Positions 9,979 through 19,896 of a stretch of 64,000 nt of DNA are shown here, piece after piece. Both the position numbers and the translations under genes were made by a program. The notes below the pieces were generated by a model that worked only from the letters and a program-made list of their open reading frames with translations, was not told where the DNA came from and did no database searches. The stretch is from the IMG/VR virus record IMGVR_UViG_3300031555_003522, positions 32,001 through 96,000 of that record. One strand, written 5' to 3'. This DNA is from a virus (taxonomy: Duplodnaviria > Caudoviricetes). Within the stretch, counting starts at the first letter, position 1. Each line of letters starts with the position of its first letter.

Positions 9979-10359
9979 TTGGCTATTACCGAATTTGGGT
10001 TTTCTGTAGATGATTTCAAAAATCCGAAAATTTATAAAAATGCAGAAGCTGTTTCTACTCTATTGGTAAGATTATTGCTTTTAGAGCCAGGAACTATTCA
10101 ATCACATCCCGATATGGGAGTTGGACTCATATCTAAATATAGATATTCTGTAGAAGGGGCAGGAGTTCAACTACAAGGAGAGTATCAGCGGCAAGTTGAG
10201 AAATATTTACCACAATTTCAAGGCGCACAAATAACTGTTACAGAAAAAAATAAACAATTCCAAATTTCTGTACAGATAGATGATACTTTATATGGAATTT
10301 ATTATGATACAAATACAACAGTCGTTCAGAGTGGTTATACCAAACTGATTGATCTATAA
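9979..10359 (+). CDS. Baseplate wedge protein, gp25/GPW-like
   Basis: LLLLEPGTIQSHPDMGVGL resembles gp25 L.T.PGER...P.FG.GL; TTG start with GGAGG SD; late promoter 9941-9952. Confidence 0.6.
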   Translation: MAITEFGFSVDDFKNPKIYKNAEAVSTLLVRLLLLEPGTIQSHPDMGVGLISKYRYSVEGAGVQLQGEYQRQVEKYLPQFQGAQITVTEKNKQFQISVQIDDTLYGIYYDTNTTVVQSGYTKLIDL

Positions 10360-10377
10360 TTAAAGGAGGAAACAAAA

Positions 10378-12201
10378 ATGATTGATGAAAGAATTACTTT
10401 AGAAGAAATGATGTCTAAAGCACCTCGCACGGGTTCTGGTGTGAGTTTTGATCTCACCGCAAAAAATCCTAATAATGTTGCAAAGACTCAGCAAGCTACC
10501 ACAGCAAATCCCGATCAGGAAGATTCTGCAAAGCAGTATAGAGCTACAGCTATTAACCACGGTCCTGTAGATTTTTCTAATGCTCAGGCTGTTGATATTC
10601 ATCAGATACTCCCTAGCAGACCCGCTAGTGTGTCGACAGAAAATAATCCTATTATGGCTGATTTGGATGCTGCCGTTGATAGAGAAATAAATAGAATTTC
10701 TCAGTTTCATGAAGAACTTGCTTCTAAGCAGGAAGAGGAACGTCAGGAAGCTGAAGATGCTGAGAATGTAAATACTAATATGGGAATTGCTCCCAGTATC
10801 GATGAAGATGATGATCTTGGTTTATATGATGATGAAAATATTGATGTAGTAGATGATCATCACTTTAAAATGAATCATATCAATCATAATATGGTAGAAG
10901 ATTCGGCATCTTCTGCACATGCTGATCCCAATTCAACAACTGTACCTTATAATCCTTTAACAGAAAAAACTGGTGATGAATTTATGAGAAATGATGCAAA
11001 TATTGCAGCATCTACTCGTGTTGGAATGATTAAGGATCTGCCCTTTATTGATGAGCCTACCAAGGAAGAAGCTGCAACTACCGTTGTTGAGCCCTCATTT
11101 AGAATTCTTGATCATACTTCCAATGAAGAATTATTCGAAGAGGAAACAGAAAATTCTGATTCTGCTACCATAGATGGTGATAAGATCATTGAAGATCTGA
11201 AGGCTGAGGTTAAGCAGAGAATTACTCCTATTCGTAATAAGATCGATCTGACTGCATTTACAATTGCAAAGAAGTCCGAGTCTGCTCAGAAGGTTATGCG
11301 CCTTGCAGTTCAGACACACAGAAATGTGGCAGACTGGGTTATGTTTACCGCAGAGCGTCCTGTTTCTGTTACAGGCCTGTCTGGTCCTGAAATTCTTAAA
11401 CTGAATCCCGAAAATTCTAATCGTAATAGATTGAATACTTTCCGTGATATGTATCGCGTTATCTATGACCACTTATATGATGCTAATAAACCAGAGTTCG
11501 AGACATGGTTGAAGCAGGTTAGATTTATCGACCTTCAGCATATCTATTTTGCTCTCTATATGGCTACATTTGGTGGTTCTAACTTCCTGAGCTTTAGCTG
11601 CCCCAACAATAAATGTAACAAGGTATTCATTAAGGATATTGAATTCAAAGATATGGTTAAGTATGCTGATGATGCTGCAAAGAAGAAGGTTCAGGATATT
11701 CTGAAGTTGGATACCACTTCTCCCAGCAAAGATACTTACCCTGTCGATCTAGTTCAGATCTCTGATTCTTATGTATTTGGTCTGCGTGCTCCTTCTGTAT
11801 GGAACGTTATCATCGAGACTGCTAGCCTGTCTGATAGCTTCCTTGAGAAGCATGGTGATCTTGTTGATGTTGTTGCATATATTGATAGTATCTACTACAT
11901 TGACAATGTTAACCAGACTCTAGTTCCTGTAGATACTAAGCCAGATCACAATGATCAGGCCAAGACATCTGCTAGACGTATTAAAGTATTCTATGACATT
12001 ATCCAGCAGTTGACATCTGAAGAGTATTTCAACCTGGGTGCAGCTATTAAGGAATATGATAAGCCGGGTGAGCAGGTTACTTATATGATTCCTGCTTGTA
12101 CCTGTCCCGATTGTGCTACTGAGATTCCCGCTGAAGAAAATATTACTCCTGATAGAATGCTTTTTACACGGCATCAGTTAGCAGCTATCGGCAATATGTA
12201 G
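10378..12201 (+). CDS. Baseplate hub/tail assembly chaperone-like protein (T4 gp26-like C-terminal region) with acidic N-terminal half
   Basis: FSCPNNKC and CTCPDC zinc-ribbon motifs; D..HI.F..Y..TFG segment; follows gp25-like gene. Confidence 0.5.
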   Translation: MIDERITLEEMMSKAPRTGSGVSFDLTAKNPNNVAKTQQATTANPDQEDSAKQYRATAINHGPVDFSNAQAVDIHQILPSRPASVSTENNPIMADLDAAVDREINRISQFHEELASKQEEERQEAEDAENVNTNMGIAPSIDEDDDLGLYDDENIDVVDDHHFKMNHINHNMVEDSASSAHADPNSTTVPYNPLTEKTGDEFMRNDANIAASTRVGMIKDLPFIDEPTKEEAATTVVEPSFRILDHTSNEELFEEETENSDSATIDGDKIIEDLKAEVKQRITPIRNKIDLTAFTIAKKSESAQKVMRLAVQTHRNVADWVMFTAERPVSVTGLSGPEILKLNPENSNRNRLNTFRDMYRVIYDHLYDANKPEFETWLKQVRFIDLQHIYFALYMATFGGSNFLSFSCPNNKCNKVFIKDIEFKDMVKYADDAAKKKVQDILKLDTTSPSKDTYPVDLVQISDSYVFGLRAPSVWNVIIETASLSDSFLEKHGDLVDVVAYIDSIYYIDNVNQTLVPVDTKPDHNDQAKTSARRIKVFYDIIQQLTSEEYFNLGAAIKEYDKPGEQVTYMIPACTCPDCATEIPAEENITPDRMLFTRHQLAAIGNM

Positions 12202-12524
12202 AATTTGTAGAATCGATAGCGTCTTTTTTAAAAGGACGTGTATCTATACAAGATCTTATGGACCGCCCTTTCAACGAGCTTCATGAACTCTATCGCATAG
12301 TGTATCTTCGTGCCGAAGCTCAAGCTAAGGCAGAGAAAGAACGACAAGAGAAAGAAGAAAAAGAAAAAGCAAATGGAAAGGGCGGTCCTAAGTATCCTCA
12401 AATAAACCGACAACCGCCAACTGATGTAAACAATCAACCTAACCAAAACCAAACTATATCCCCCTTAGCGGCTGAAGCTATGGAAGAAGCTTTTGAAGAT
12501 TTCGCGGAAGGAGGAATATTCTAA
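12156..12524 (+). CDS. -1 frame continuation of the chaperone gene (candidate frameshift product; ORF track starts at 12258)
   Basis: Frame open from 12156, overlapping the last ~45 nt of the upstream gene; reads YRQYVEFVESIASFLKGRVSIQDLMDRPFNELHELY; no SD at suitable spacing before ATG 12258. Confidence 0.5.
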   Translation, partial: NAFYTASVSSYRQYVEFVESIASFLKGRVSIQDLMDRPFNELHELYRIVYLRAEAQAKAEKERQEKEEKEKANGKGGPKYPQINRQPPTDVNNQPNQNQTISPLAAEAMEEAFEDFAEGGIF

Positions 12525-12528
12525 TACT

Positions 12529-12831
12529 ATGGGAACCACTAAAGACTTTGTCCATAATCTAAATTCAGATAATATCCCCTACATAGTAACTAATTATTTT
12601 GATGAAATAATGGTTTTATACAACCTGGTTGGCAGTAGGCAGGATATTGAAATCTGTACAGATAGTTCAAATGATACTGTAAAATTTATACTTTTGATGG
12701 ATTGTGAAGAAAGTGCAACAGAGCTATATAATAGCTTAAACAATATGGAGTTCTCTGTATACAGTGACCGTTTCATTATTGGTATGACTCTTTCCGGATC
12801 TTCCATTACTACAGTAATTACAAAGATATAA
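12529..12831 (+). CDS. Hypothetical protein
   Basis: ATG 12529 preceded by AAGGAGG; followed by terminator 12832-12865. Confidence 0.7.
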   Translation: MGTTKDFVHNLNSDNIPYIVTNYFDEIMVLYNLVGSRQDIEICTDSSNDTVKFILLMDCEESATELYNSLNNMEFSVYSDRFIIGMTLSGSSITTVITKI

Positions 12832-12888
12832 TAAAAAGGTAGGAATTTAATTCCTACCTTTTTATTATTAATTAATAAACATATATTT

Positions 12889-13190
12889 GAAGGTATTATA
12901 TTTCAATTGGAAATATCTATATCTTCAAAATAAACGCCTCATCTATAAAGGTAGGTGATTGAGGCGATAAATACGAGCAAATCCTACCAGGTTGATTATA
13001 AGTCATTATGGGGACTAGTGACATCAACCAGTTACCTGCGCAGGTACTAATAGTTCCCAAAAGTGACGTAGCAATTAGTAGTTGTAGAGGTGATTGACTG
13101 TATTCCTCGTAATCGCTACTATGGGATGTCGAAAAGTCAATAAAGAAGTAGATGGAGAGTGTACAACACTCTCCACTATTTTTTTTTTGT
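12889..13190 (+). ncRNA. Candidate ~300-nt structured RNA: 5' hairpin, three tandem pseudoknots, terminator
   Basis: Late promoter AACA-TATATT-TG (12878-12889); stems cgcctca/tgaggcg with ggtagg:cctacc; ggttgat/atcaacc and gtcatta/tagtgac with gggacta:tagttcc; gtagcaatta/taatcgctac with attgact:agtcaat; terminator tggagagtgt/cactctcca plus T-run. Confidence 0.6.
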
Positions 13191-13244
13191 TTTTCCTTTT
13201 ATTGTCCACTTAATTCACATATTAATAAAAGAGGTGATGCTTAT

Positions 13245-14918
13245 ATGCCAGATTTAATAAGGGGTGATCACCTTAGAGTGAGTCTTATAGACCCCGAAAG
13301 ACTGGTAAAAGTCAATGATCTCAAAGAGATTACCAATCCCATTTCATTCGTTCGAAATTCAGTTCCTACCTCTGATGGATTATTATCTAATGAAATATTT
13401 GGAATTACCAAATATGATCGCGCTAATACATTTGCATACATCGATCTTCATGAGGAGTTTTTAAACCCTCTAATTTATAAGATGTGGTGCAAAGTTGATT
13501 CTAATGTTAAAGCATGCGTTCATGGTATAAAATATTTCAAGATAAATGATAAGGGTGAACTTGAAGAAGATCCGGAAAATGGTGATAATGGTATTAGGTT
13601 TCTTAGAGACAATATTAAGAAAATTAAGATTAAGCGTACTGGATCTAAACAAAGAGACATGCGTGTAGACTTTATAGAGAGCTATATCGGTAAGCCTGAA
13701 ATGTTTATTAAGAAATATATAGTATGCCCAGCATTCTATAGAGACGTTAATAACGATAAAGGCAAAGTATCTTTAGGAGCAATCAATGAATTGTATAGGT
13801 CTTTGTTGATCTCTGTTAGAGCTCTTAGAGAGTCCTCCGAATATGGTTTAAATCTAACTTCTGCTACTCGTGGTCGTATACAGGAAACTCTTGTTCAAAT
13901 ATACGACTGGTTTGGATCTGGTACTACTATAAATGGCGAGAAAACTAGCAATCTTATTCCTGGCAAATTTGGTATTATTAGACAGGGTGTTATGTCCAAA
14001 ACAACAGACTATGCTACTCGTCTAGTTCTATCGGCTCCAGAACTCAAGGTTGAACGGTTAGAGGATGTAGAAGCAGATCTCGATTATTCTGTACTTCCGT
14101 TAGCATCTGCTTGTGCAAACTTCCTTCCGTTCATAGTATATCATGTGAGAAGAATGTTTGAAAATGAGTTCTCTGGAGATGCGGTTATACCCTATATAAA
14201 TAAAGATAAGAGTATAACCTATTTACATCCGAAAGATTATCAAGTAGAATTTTCTGATGAAAGAATTAAGAAAGAAATAGATAGATTTTTGACAGGTTTC
14301 TCAAATAGATTTATTCCTTTAGAAGTTCCTACAGTAGAAGGTATTACTGTACGCTATAGATTTAAAGGATATAATATGACTGCTGAAGAGTATGCAAAAT
14401 CTGATATAGGTAAGATGCCTATAATGGAACGAGACTTAACTTGGTGTGATATACTCTATCAAGCAGCAGTAGAAGCTACAAAAGATAAACATATACTGAT
14501 TACCAGGTATCCTATAGACACTTATTTTAATCAGTTTCCAACCAAGATTAAAATAGCTTCTACCACAAGAACTGAACCTATGGTTGTAGGTAGTAAATTC
14601 TATAAAAATTATCCCTATATTCGTCAAGAAGATATTGGTACTAATACTTCTAATAAATTTATTGATACTTTGAATATTAGTAATCTATATCTAGATGGAA
14701 TAGGTGGAGATTATGATGGTGACCAGGTAACCGTAAAGGGAGCCTTTACAGAAGAGACAAATGCAGAGCTTGCTGAACAGCTTAAATCTAAAGCTCACTA
14801 CTTTAATCTTGGTGGTAAGGGTGTTAGAACTTCTGATAAAGAAGCTATTCAGAGCTTATATAGTTTGACATTGTGTCTAGATGCGGATAAAGAAAAAATC
14901 TCTGCACCTGTTTTCTAA
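13245..14918 (+). CDS. DNA-directed RNA polymerase beta-prime-like subunit (N-terminal half with catalytic motif), probably virion RNAP
   Basis: GLLSNEIFG, AYIDL, GKFGIIRQGVMSKTTDYATRLVLS, LITRYP, catalytic GGDYDGDQV; GAGGTG SD before ATG 13245; late-like promoter (CACA-N6-TA 13216-13227) suggests the virion enzyme (inference). Confidence 0.9.
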   Translation: MPDLIRGDHLRVSLIDPERLVKVNDLKEITNPISFVRNSVPTSDGLLSNEIFGITKYDRANTFAYIDLHEEFLNPLIYKMWCKVDSNVKACVHGIKYFKINDKGELEEDPENGDNGIRFLRDNIKKIKIKRTGSKQRDMRVDFIESYIGKPEMFIKKYIVCPAFYRDVNNDKGKVSLGAINELYRSLLISVRALRESSEYGLNLTSATRGRIQETLVQIYDWFGSGTTINGEKTSNLIPGKFGIIRQGVMSKTTDYATRLVLSAPELKVERLEDVEADLDYSVLPLASACANFLPFIVYHVRRMFENEFSGDAVIPYINKDKSITYLHPKDYQVEFSDERIKKEIDRFLTGFSNRFIPLEVPTVEGITVRYRFKGYNMTAEEYAKSDIGKMPIMERDLTWCDILYQAAVEATKDKHILITRYPIDTYFNQFPTKIKIASTTRTEPMVVGSKFYKNYPYIRQEDIGTNTSNKFIDTLNISNLYLDGIGGDYDGDQVTVKGAFTEETNAELAEQLKSKAHYFNLGGKGVRTSDKEAIQSLYSLTLCLDADKEKISAPVF

Positions 14919-14925
14919 AATTAAT

Positions 14926-14965
14926 GCTACTAGAGGGATCCCTCTAGTAGCCTTTATTTTTTATT
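14926..14965 (+). terminator. Intrinsic terminator
   Basis: gctactagagg-gatc-cctctagtagc hairpin plus T-rich tract. Confidence 0.75.
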
Positions 14966-15002
14966 TAGATACATATTATAGATATGAAAATATTTAGAAA
15001 GG

Positions 15003-15392
15003 ATGTTATCTTTTATGAAAACTGTAAAAGACATAAATACTAAATCATTACATGAAGTCGAGTCAATAACTATATCTTCATGTTTTGGTACACTCGCTGA
15101 AGACTTTAAAAATATTCTTATACACAATGATGAAGAGTCTACGCCTGATTGTGACTGTGAAGATCTACCAGAGCAGGTAGAAGATCTTATCAACTTTCTA
15201 GAATGCTTTGAATCTACTAATCCAAAGGTATTAGTTAGAACTATTCTAGGTATTGTATTATTTAAAGGAAGGGTAAAAGATTTCGATGTTGATCATCTAA
15301 AAGATTATCCAATTCCTTTAAACTATGAAGCTCATTCTATGGATGTAAAAGGTGATTATTTAATTATCAATATGAAAAAGATAAAGGAGTAA
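15003..15392 (+). CDS. Hypothetical protein (early region)
   Basis: 129-aa ORF downstream of CATATTAT motif at 14972. Confidence 0.65.
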   Translation: MLSFMKTVKDINTKSLHEVESITISSCFGTLAEDFKNILIHNDEESTPDCDCEDLPEQVEDLINFLECFESTNPKVLVRTILGIVLFKGRVKDFDVDHLKDYPIPLNYEAHSMDVKGDYLIINMKKIKE

Positions 15393-15398
15393 TTTATT

Positions 15399-15863
15399 AT
15401 GAAACAGCCATCAAAATGTATCTTACTAAGTAATATTACTATGCACCTGAGCTTTATGACCAATTATTATGATCATCTAAAGCCTACTATGACAATTGAA
15501 GCTTTCTGCAAAGAAAACATAATAGGAATTAGTCTAGAGAAAATAAGTAATATATTATCATGTGTAGGAGAAGCTATAACCAATATCAAAGAGCATGCAT
15601 ATACTGAAGAATTTCCTGGTATGGTTCATATTATTTGTAATTATAGAAATAATAATACTCTTGTAATTACAATAATTGATAATGGTTGTGGAATTCAGAA
15701 TCTTGAACAAGCATTCCAATCTGGATGGTCTAGTAAAGAGGGATTTTCTGGTATGGGTTTCACGATTATGGATTCTCTCTGTGATGAATTTGAAGTATCA
15801 ACAACCACACCTGATAAGGGTACAAAGGTTATCATGACATTTAAAGTTGGAATTAATGATTAA
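15399..15863 (+). CDS. spoIIAB: SpoIIAB/RsbW-like anti-sigma factor (GHKL ATPase/Ser kinase)
   Basis: VGEAITNIKEHAY (N box), IIDNGCGIQNLEQA (G1), SGMGFTIMDSLCDEFEV..KGTKVIM; SGMGFTIM is characteristic of SpoIIAB. Confidence 0.8.
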   Translation: MKQPSKCILLSNITMHLSFMTNYYDHLKPTMTIEAFCKENIIGISLEKISNILSCVGEAITNIKEHAYTEEFPGMVHIICNYRNNNTLVITIIDNGCGIQNLEQAFQSGWSSKEGFSGMGFTIMDSLCDEFEVSTTTPDKGTKVIMTFKVGIND

Positions 15864-15997
15864 TAAAATATGGTGGAGAAATTATCTCCACCATATTTTT
15901 TTTTTGTAAATTTCCTATTATAGATTTATATATTATGGGAATGGAAAATACGAAAGAATTTAAAACAAGCATAAAAATGAAAGGATGAATTAAGAAT

Positions 15998-16804
15998 ATG
16001 AATAAAGCAGCAATGACGGTTGAGAATTGTGTGATTTCTGTTGAAAGTATGACTAAACTTGATGAGATTATAATAGTTTATGCTCTTTCATCTAAATCAA
16101 ATATAGAGTATAAAACTCTTCAATTCTTTAATCTAGATAGTATTCCAGATAGAATTAAAGCGTGTATAGTAAATAGATTTGAATTCTCCAAATTGTCTGA
16201 CAGAAATATTTTGAAATTGTACTTAGAATCATTATTTGAATTAGATATAAAAGCTGCATGCGGAGATGCTCCAAGCGAAGCTGAAATATTTGAGTATCTT
16301 AATGAAAAAGACGTATTGGTTAATGTTAAAGGCATAAGTATCATACGATGTGCAATATCTACTCTAAGTTCTTTGAATAAAATAGGTATTAAGAGTATAG
16401 ATGGCTTATCTATATTAGAATACATGAGATACATGAATTTTTATTATGTAAATAAGAAATTCATTAATGCATTCTTCAGCAGCAAATATTTTATATTAGA
16501 AGATAACGGTAATATAGAAAATATAATTGGATATAGATTGTCTTCCAAATACAATATCAATGGTTCAGATATATCGAGACATATATTGAATTTCATCATC
16601 TTTATTAGTGATGGGATAAAATCATCATATAGTAATAAGAGATATCTAGATATCCTTGATAATATAGTCACAAATATGACAAGAATTATGCCAGACAAAG
16701 AAATATTAACTATTGTTGAATGCTTTTTAATAGATCTTCATAGGAATTGCTATTTACTTGAAGTTCAAAGAATGATAGATATGATAGAGGTTTGCAATAT
16801 ATAA
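15998..16804 (+). CDS. Hypothetical protein
   Basis: 268-aa ORF, AAGGA SD, early motif at 15929. Confidence 0.7.
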   Translation: MNKAAMTVENCVISVESMTKLDEIIIVYALSSKSNIEYKTLQFFNLDSIPDRIKACIVNRFEFSKLSDRNILKLYLESLFELDIKAACGDAPSEAEIFEYLNEKDVLVNVKGISIIRCAISTLSSLNKIGIKSIDGLSILEYMRYMNFYYVNKKFINAFFSSKYFILEDNGNIENIIGYRLSSKYNINGSDISRHILNFIIFISDGIKSSYSNKRYLDILDNIVTNMTRIMPDKEILTIVECFLIDLHRNCYLLEVQRMIDMIEVCNI

Positions 16805-16817
16805 AGGAGTAATTTAT

Positions 16818-16967
16818 ATGGATGTGTTTGAAAGAATGATGGAAATACTTATTGATGACCCAGATATTACAAGTAATGAGATAACCAAAATCCTTATCAG
16901 TGAAGGATTTATGGTTAGTCAGGAGAGAATATCCAAATTCATGAAATTAGCTGGATTAGAGGATTAA
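16818..16967 (+). CDS. Small protein (49 aa), possible HTH fragment
   Basis: AAGGAG SD; MDVFERMM...VSQERISKFMKLAGLED; below ORF-track size cutoff. Confidence 0.55.
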   Translation: MDVFERMMEILIDDPDITSNEITKILISEGFMVSQERISKFMKLAGLED

Positions 16968-17052
16968 TAGAGGTATCATGTGATACCTCTTATTTTTTTT
17001 TATTTATATGAATTGCTACTATAAAATAATATTACAAAAAAGAGGGTATATT

Positions 17053-17478
17053 ATGTCAAAGGAAATTATCTGTATTTGTGGAAGCACAAAATTTAAAGAT
17101 AAAATTATTCAAGTTCAAAGAGAACTAACTCTTCAAGGGTATATAGTTATCGGTATGCATCTATTCTCTCAAGATGAAAGAATAAAGCTTACCGAGGAGC
17201 AACTTTATATGCTTAAAGAAAAGCATAAATTTAAGATAGATATGAGCGAAGCCATTTATGTTGTAAACCCAGATGGCTATGTAGGAGATTCTACTAAAGA
17301 AGAAATTATGTATGCTATATCTAAAGGTAAAAAGATTATGTCTTTAGAACCTTTAGAAATACCAAAAAGTGCAATTTCAAAAAATAAGAATATTAATGAT
17401 AATACTGTGATTATACTATTATTTGCTGGGTTCATATTAACCCTTATTACAATATTATGGTATTATGTATTACATTAA
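17053..17478 (+). CDS. Nucleoside 2-deoxyribosyltransferase-like/DUF4406-type protein with C-terminal TM helix
   Basis: IICICGSTKF...HKFKIDMSEAIYVVNPDGYVGDSTKEEIMYAISKGKKI; hydrophobic tail. Confidence 0.6.
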   Translation: MSKEIICICGSTKFKDKIIQVQRELTLQGYIVIGMHLFSQDERIKLTEEQLYMLKEKHKFKIDMSEAIYVVNPDGYVGDSTKEEIMYAISKGKKIMSLEPLEIPKSAISKNKNINDNTVIILLFAGFILTLITILWYYVLH

Positions 17479-17854
17479 GAAAGGAAATAATATGAATTTT
17501 CAATCAGTAACATTAGGAAGTTTCTTAGCTTTATTTGCTGGAGATCCTCCAGCAGCTTCTATATCTAGTTTAATAAATACAAATAATTCAAGTTTTCCAG
17601 AAAAATATAGATGTTTTCATGAGCGTCCAGCTTCTCTTTTTGTAGAAATAATGAAGAATAATGATGAGGAATTATTTAATAGAAAGATTAAAAGAATACT
17701 TCTATTACCAGTAGATATGGATATAGATAATATTCATATCTACCAAGATAAATATGACTTCTATATTAATTTTAATTCAGGATTTATAGACAAAAAGACA
17801 GAAAATGTCTTATGTCCAGCCATACATATAATTCTAGAAGATGAATCTGTATAA
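17465..17854 (+). CDS. Hypothetical protein
   Basis: ORF; likely start at 17492 after AAGGA. Confidence 0.6.
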   Translation: MYYIKKGNNMNFQSVTLGSFLALFAGDPPAASISSLINTNNSSFPEKYRCFHERPASLFVEIMKNNDEELFNRKIKRILLLPVDMDIDNIHIYQDKYDFYINFNSGFIDKKTENVLCPAIHIILEDESV

Positions 17855-17925
17855 GATTTCTTTTTGTCTATATATTATATTTATGAGTACAATTGCATAA
17901 GCAATTTAAAAAAGGAGAATGAAAA

Positions 17926-18507
17926 ATGGAACACAAGAAAGTTGTACACATCAAAGCAAAGATCAAACCTCAGATGCCCACAACATCTGATATGGGATCT
18001 TTATCTAAGGAAACTGATAAAAAAGACATGCAATCAGTTACACAGCCCATGTACATATATACAGATACAATCTGTATATATGTAAATATTCATAGCATCA
18101 ACCAATGCTGTCAATATGAAGTAGCTACCGAAAATGTAGAACGAGCATTATTTGAAACTTATGGCGTTAGTAGCCTTGAAATTTGTTCTGATATTACATA
18201 TACCATTCCTGAGTTTGGTAGATGTATATTTTTAAAGATCAGCTTCAGACATCTTCATATGCTTATGGAAGAGTATGCGAAGAAATATTATTCTTTTGAA
18301 TATGATGTAATTTTCAATCATGGTACTCTAGAAGATGTATCAGATCTTGACAATGATAAATATGATACAGTTGTTAAGATTGATAGAAGGGTGGTTGGAG
18401 AAGAAGCATTCAAAGCTATCGCTAGAATGTATATCGGAAAAGATGTAGATATTAGCGATATTGGATATATTCAGATTCAAGCACCTGTTGTAGAATACGG
18501 TAAATAA
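17926..18507 (+). CDS. Hypothetical protein
   Basis: 193-aa ORF, AAGGAG SD, early motif at 17871. Confidence 0.7.
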   Translation: MEHKKVVHIKAKIKPQMPTTSDMGSLSKETDKKDMQSVTQPMYIYTDTICIYVNIHSINQCCQYEVATENVERALFETYGVSSLEICSDITYTIPEFGRCIFLKISFRHLHMLMEEYAKKYYSFEYDVIFNHGTLEDVSDLDNDKYDTVVKIDRRVVGEEAFKAIARMYIGKDVDISDIGYIQIQAPVVEYGK

Positions 18508-18566
18508 TATTAATACTCTAGAGGGAATCCTCCCTCTAGAGTGTATTTTAGAAAAGGAGATATATT

Positions 18567-19223
18567 ATGTCAACGATGCTGTTAAGCCACTTGCTATCAT
18601 TTATTGATAGATGGAGTGTAGTACATATACACAGCAAATCCATTGATATCTACCGTAAAGTACAGGATATAATGAACGATAAAGAGTTCGATGGACTTGT
18701 CGTAAGATCTACTTTCTGTTCAGCGTTAGACTATAATAGTATCGGAATCGAAATATTCGATTCCGTGAAACTCACCGGTGAAGAGATTGAAACTTATAAG
18801 ATGAAACACAATCTCACGTTTGATATTAAATTCCTTGTAGAGGATCTCCACTTTGGAGCTCGTGAAGTTGTTGTAAGAACAAATTCTTCTTATATATTCA
18901 TCGGTAGTTATGAAGAATTCATTAAGAATCTAGAGTGCTATAAAAACAGAAAAATCATTAGCTTAAAGAGACTCCATATCGGAGAATCTGAAAAGAATGT
19001 AATAGAGATTGTGGTTGAGGAAGAAATACCTAGGTTGAAGATTCGCCATATTCTTCCTTATCTACATGATTCCGATGAAATCGTTATAATGGATTGGGAT
19101 AAGGATTGGTTGTATTGTGGTAATACAAATAAGATTGAGGGAGATATTCTTGATAGATATATCGATAAGATCTTAGACACAGCTTATCCAAACCGTTTGG
19201 GAATCTTACTTAAACACAAATAA
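18567..19223 (+). CDS. Hypothetical protein with three diverged ~70-aa repeats
   Basis: AAGGAG SD; recurring L..LL.......V.I ... I.I.I pattern. Confidence 0.65.
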   Translation: MSTMLLSHLLSFIDRWSVVHIHSKSIDIYRKVQDIMNDKEFDGLVVRSTFCSALDYNSIGIEIFDSVKLTGEEIETYKMKHNLTFDIKFLVEDLHFGAREVVVRTNSSYIFIGSYEEFIKNLECYKNRKIISLKRLHIGESEKNVIEIVVEEEIPRLKIRHILPYLHDSDEIVIMDWDKDWLYCGNTNKIEGDILDRYIDKILDTAYPNRLGILLKHK

Positions 19224-19233
19224 GGAGAATAAT

Positions 19234-19896
19234 ATGAAAGCAAAAGAATATGCTCAGAAGCTGTTTGAGCTTGTAGAAAATCAAGATGAATTTGAAAATT
19301 TTCTTGAGAAGAGTTTGAAAGAATTTTGCGCAGAAGCTGACAAGCTGATTAAGATTCGTAGAGCTAAATCTGATGAGTCTGTTGCAGCATGCATCAATGA
19401 ATTAAACCAGAAGTGGATTGCTCTTGTAAACCACTATAAAAAGCTCATGAATAATGAATATGAGGGATGGGAAAAGCATATATTTCCTACACTTCTTGAG
19501 GATGGTTTCAAATCCGCATACGTACTTACTCATCCCAATCGTGGATGGTACTTCGATATCAAGCGGCATAAGAAGTTTATCGAAGAAGAAACTGCTGCTA
19601 GAGAAGCTCAAAATAGGAGGATAGCAACACAGAAATTCACTCCGTATGCTGTTACTCCTTATGAACAGCTTACCATGGATAATATCACTCAAGAGATTAT
19701 GTGTTGTCTTATGGCTCTTGGAAATTATGCGAATATGGGATTTCCACCTCAGTCTATTAGACCTCTTGCATTTAGAATCACTCTCCTCAGATACTGGAAG
19801 GAGAAAGGAGAAATCAATTTGGAAGATGTCAAGACTATGGAGAGTTACGAAGATCCTAGAAAATTCTTTAAAGAAAGAGGGTTTAATCCTGCATGA
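19234..19896 (+). CDS. Hypothetical protein
   Basis: 220 aa, TAAGGAG SD. Confidence 0.75.
   Translation: MKAKEYAQKLFELVENQDEFENFLEKSLKEFCAEADKLIKIRRAKSDESVAACINELNQKWIALVNHYKKLMNNEYEGWEKHIFPTLLEDGFKSAYVLTHPNRGWYFDIKRHKKFIEEETAAREAQNRRIATQKFTPYAVTPYEQLTMDNITQEIMCCLMALGNYANMGFPPQSIRPLAFRITLLRYWKEKGEINLEDVKTMESYEDPRKFFKERGFNPA

Noticed and set aside
12889-13190. tmRNA (tandem pseudoknots resemble PK2-PK4)
   Set aside because: No GGGG 5' acceptor strand, T-arm or CCA end, and no convincing tag reading frame
13152-13244. N-terminal extensions given by the ORF track for RNAP (13152), sbcD (60783), 33862 and 51516
   Set aside because: They run through terminators or promoter motifs; downstream ATGs have proper SD sequences
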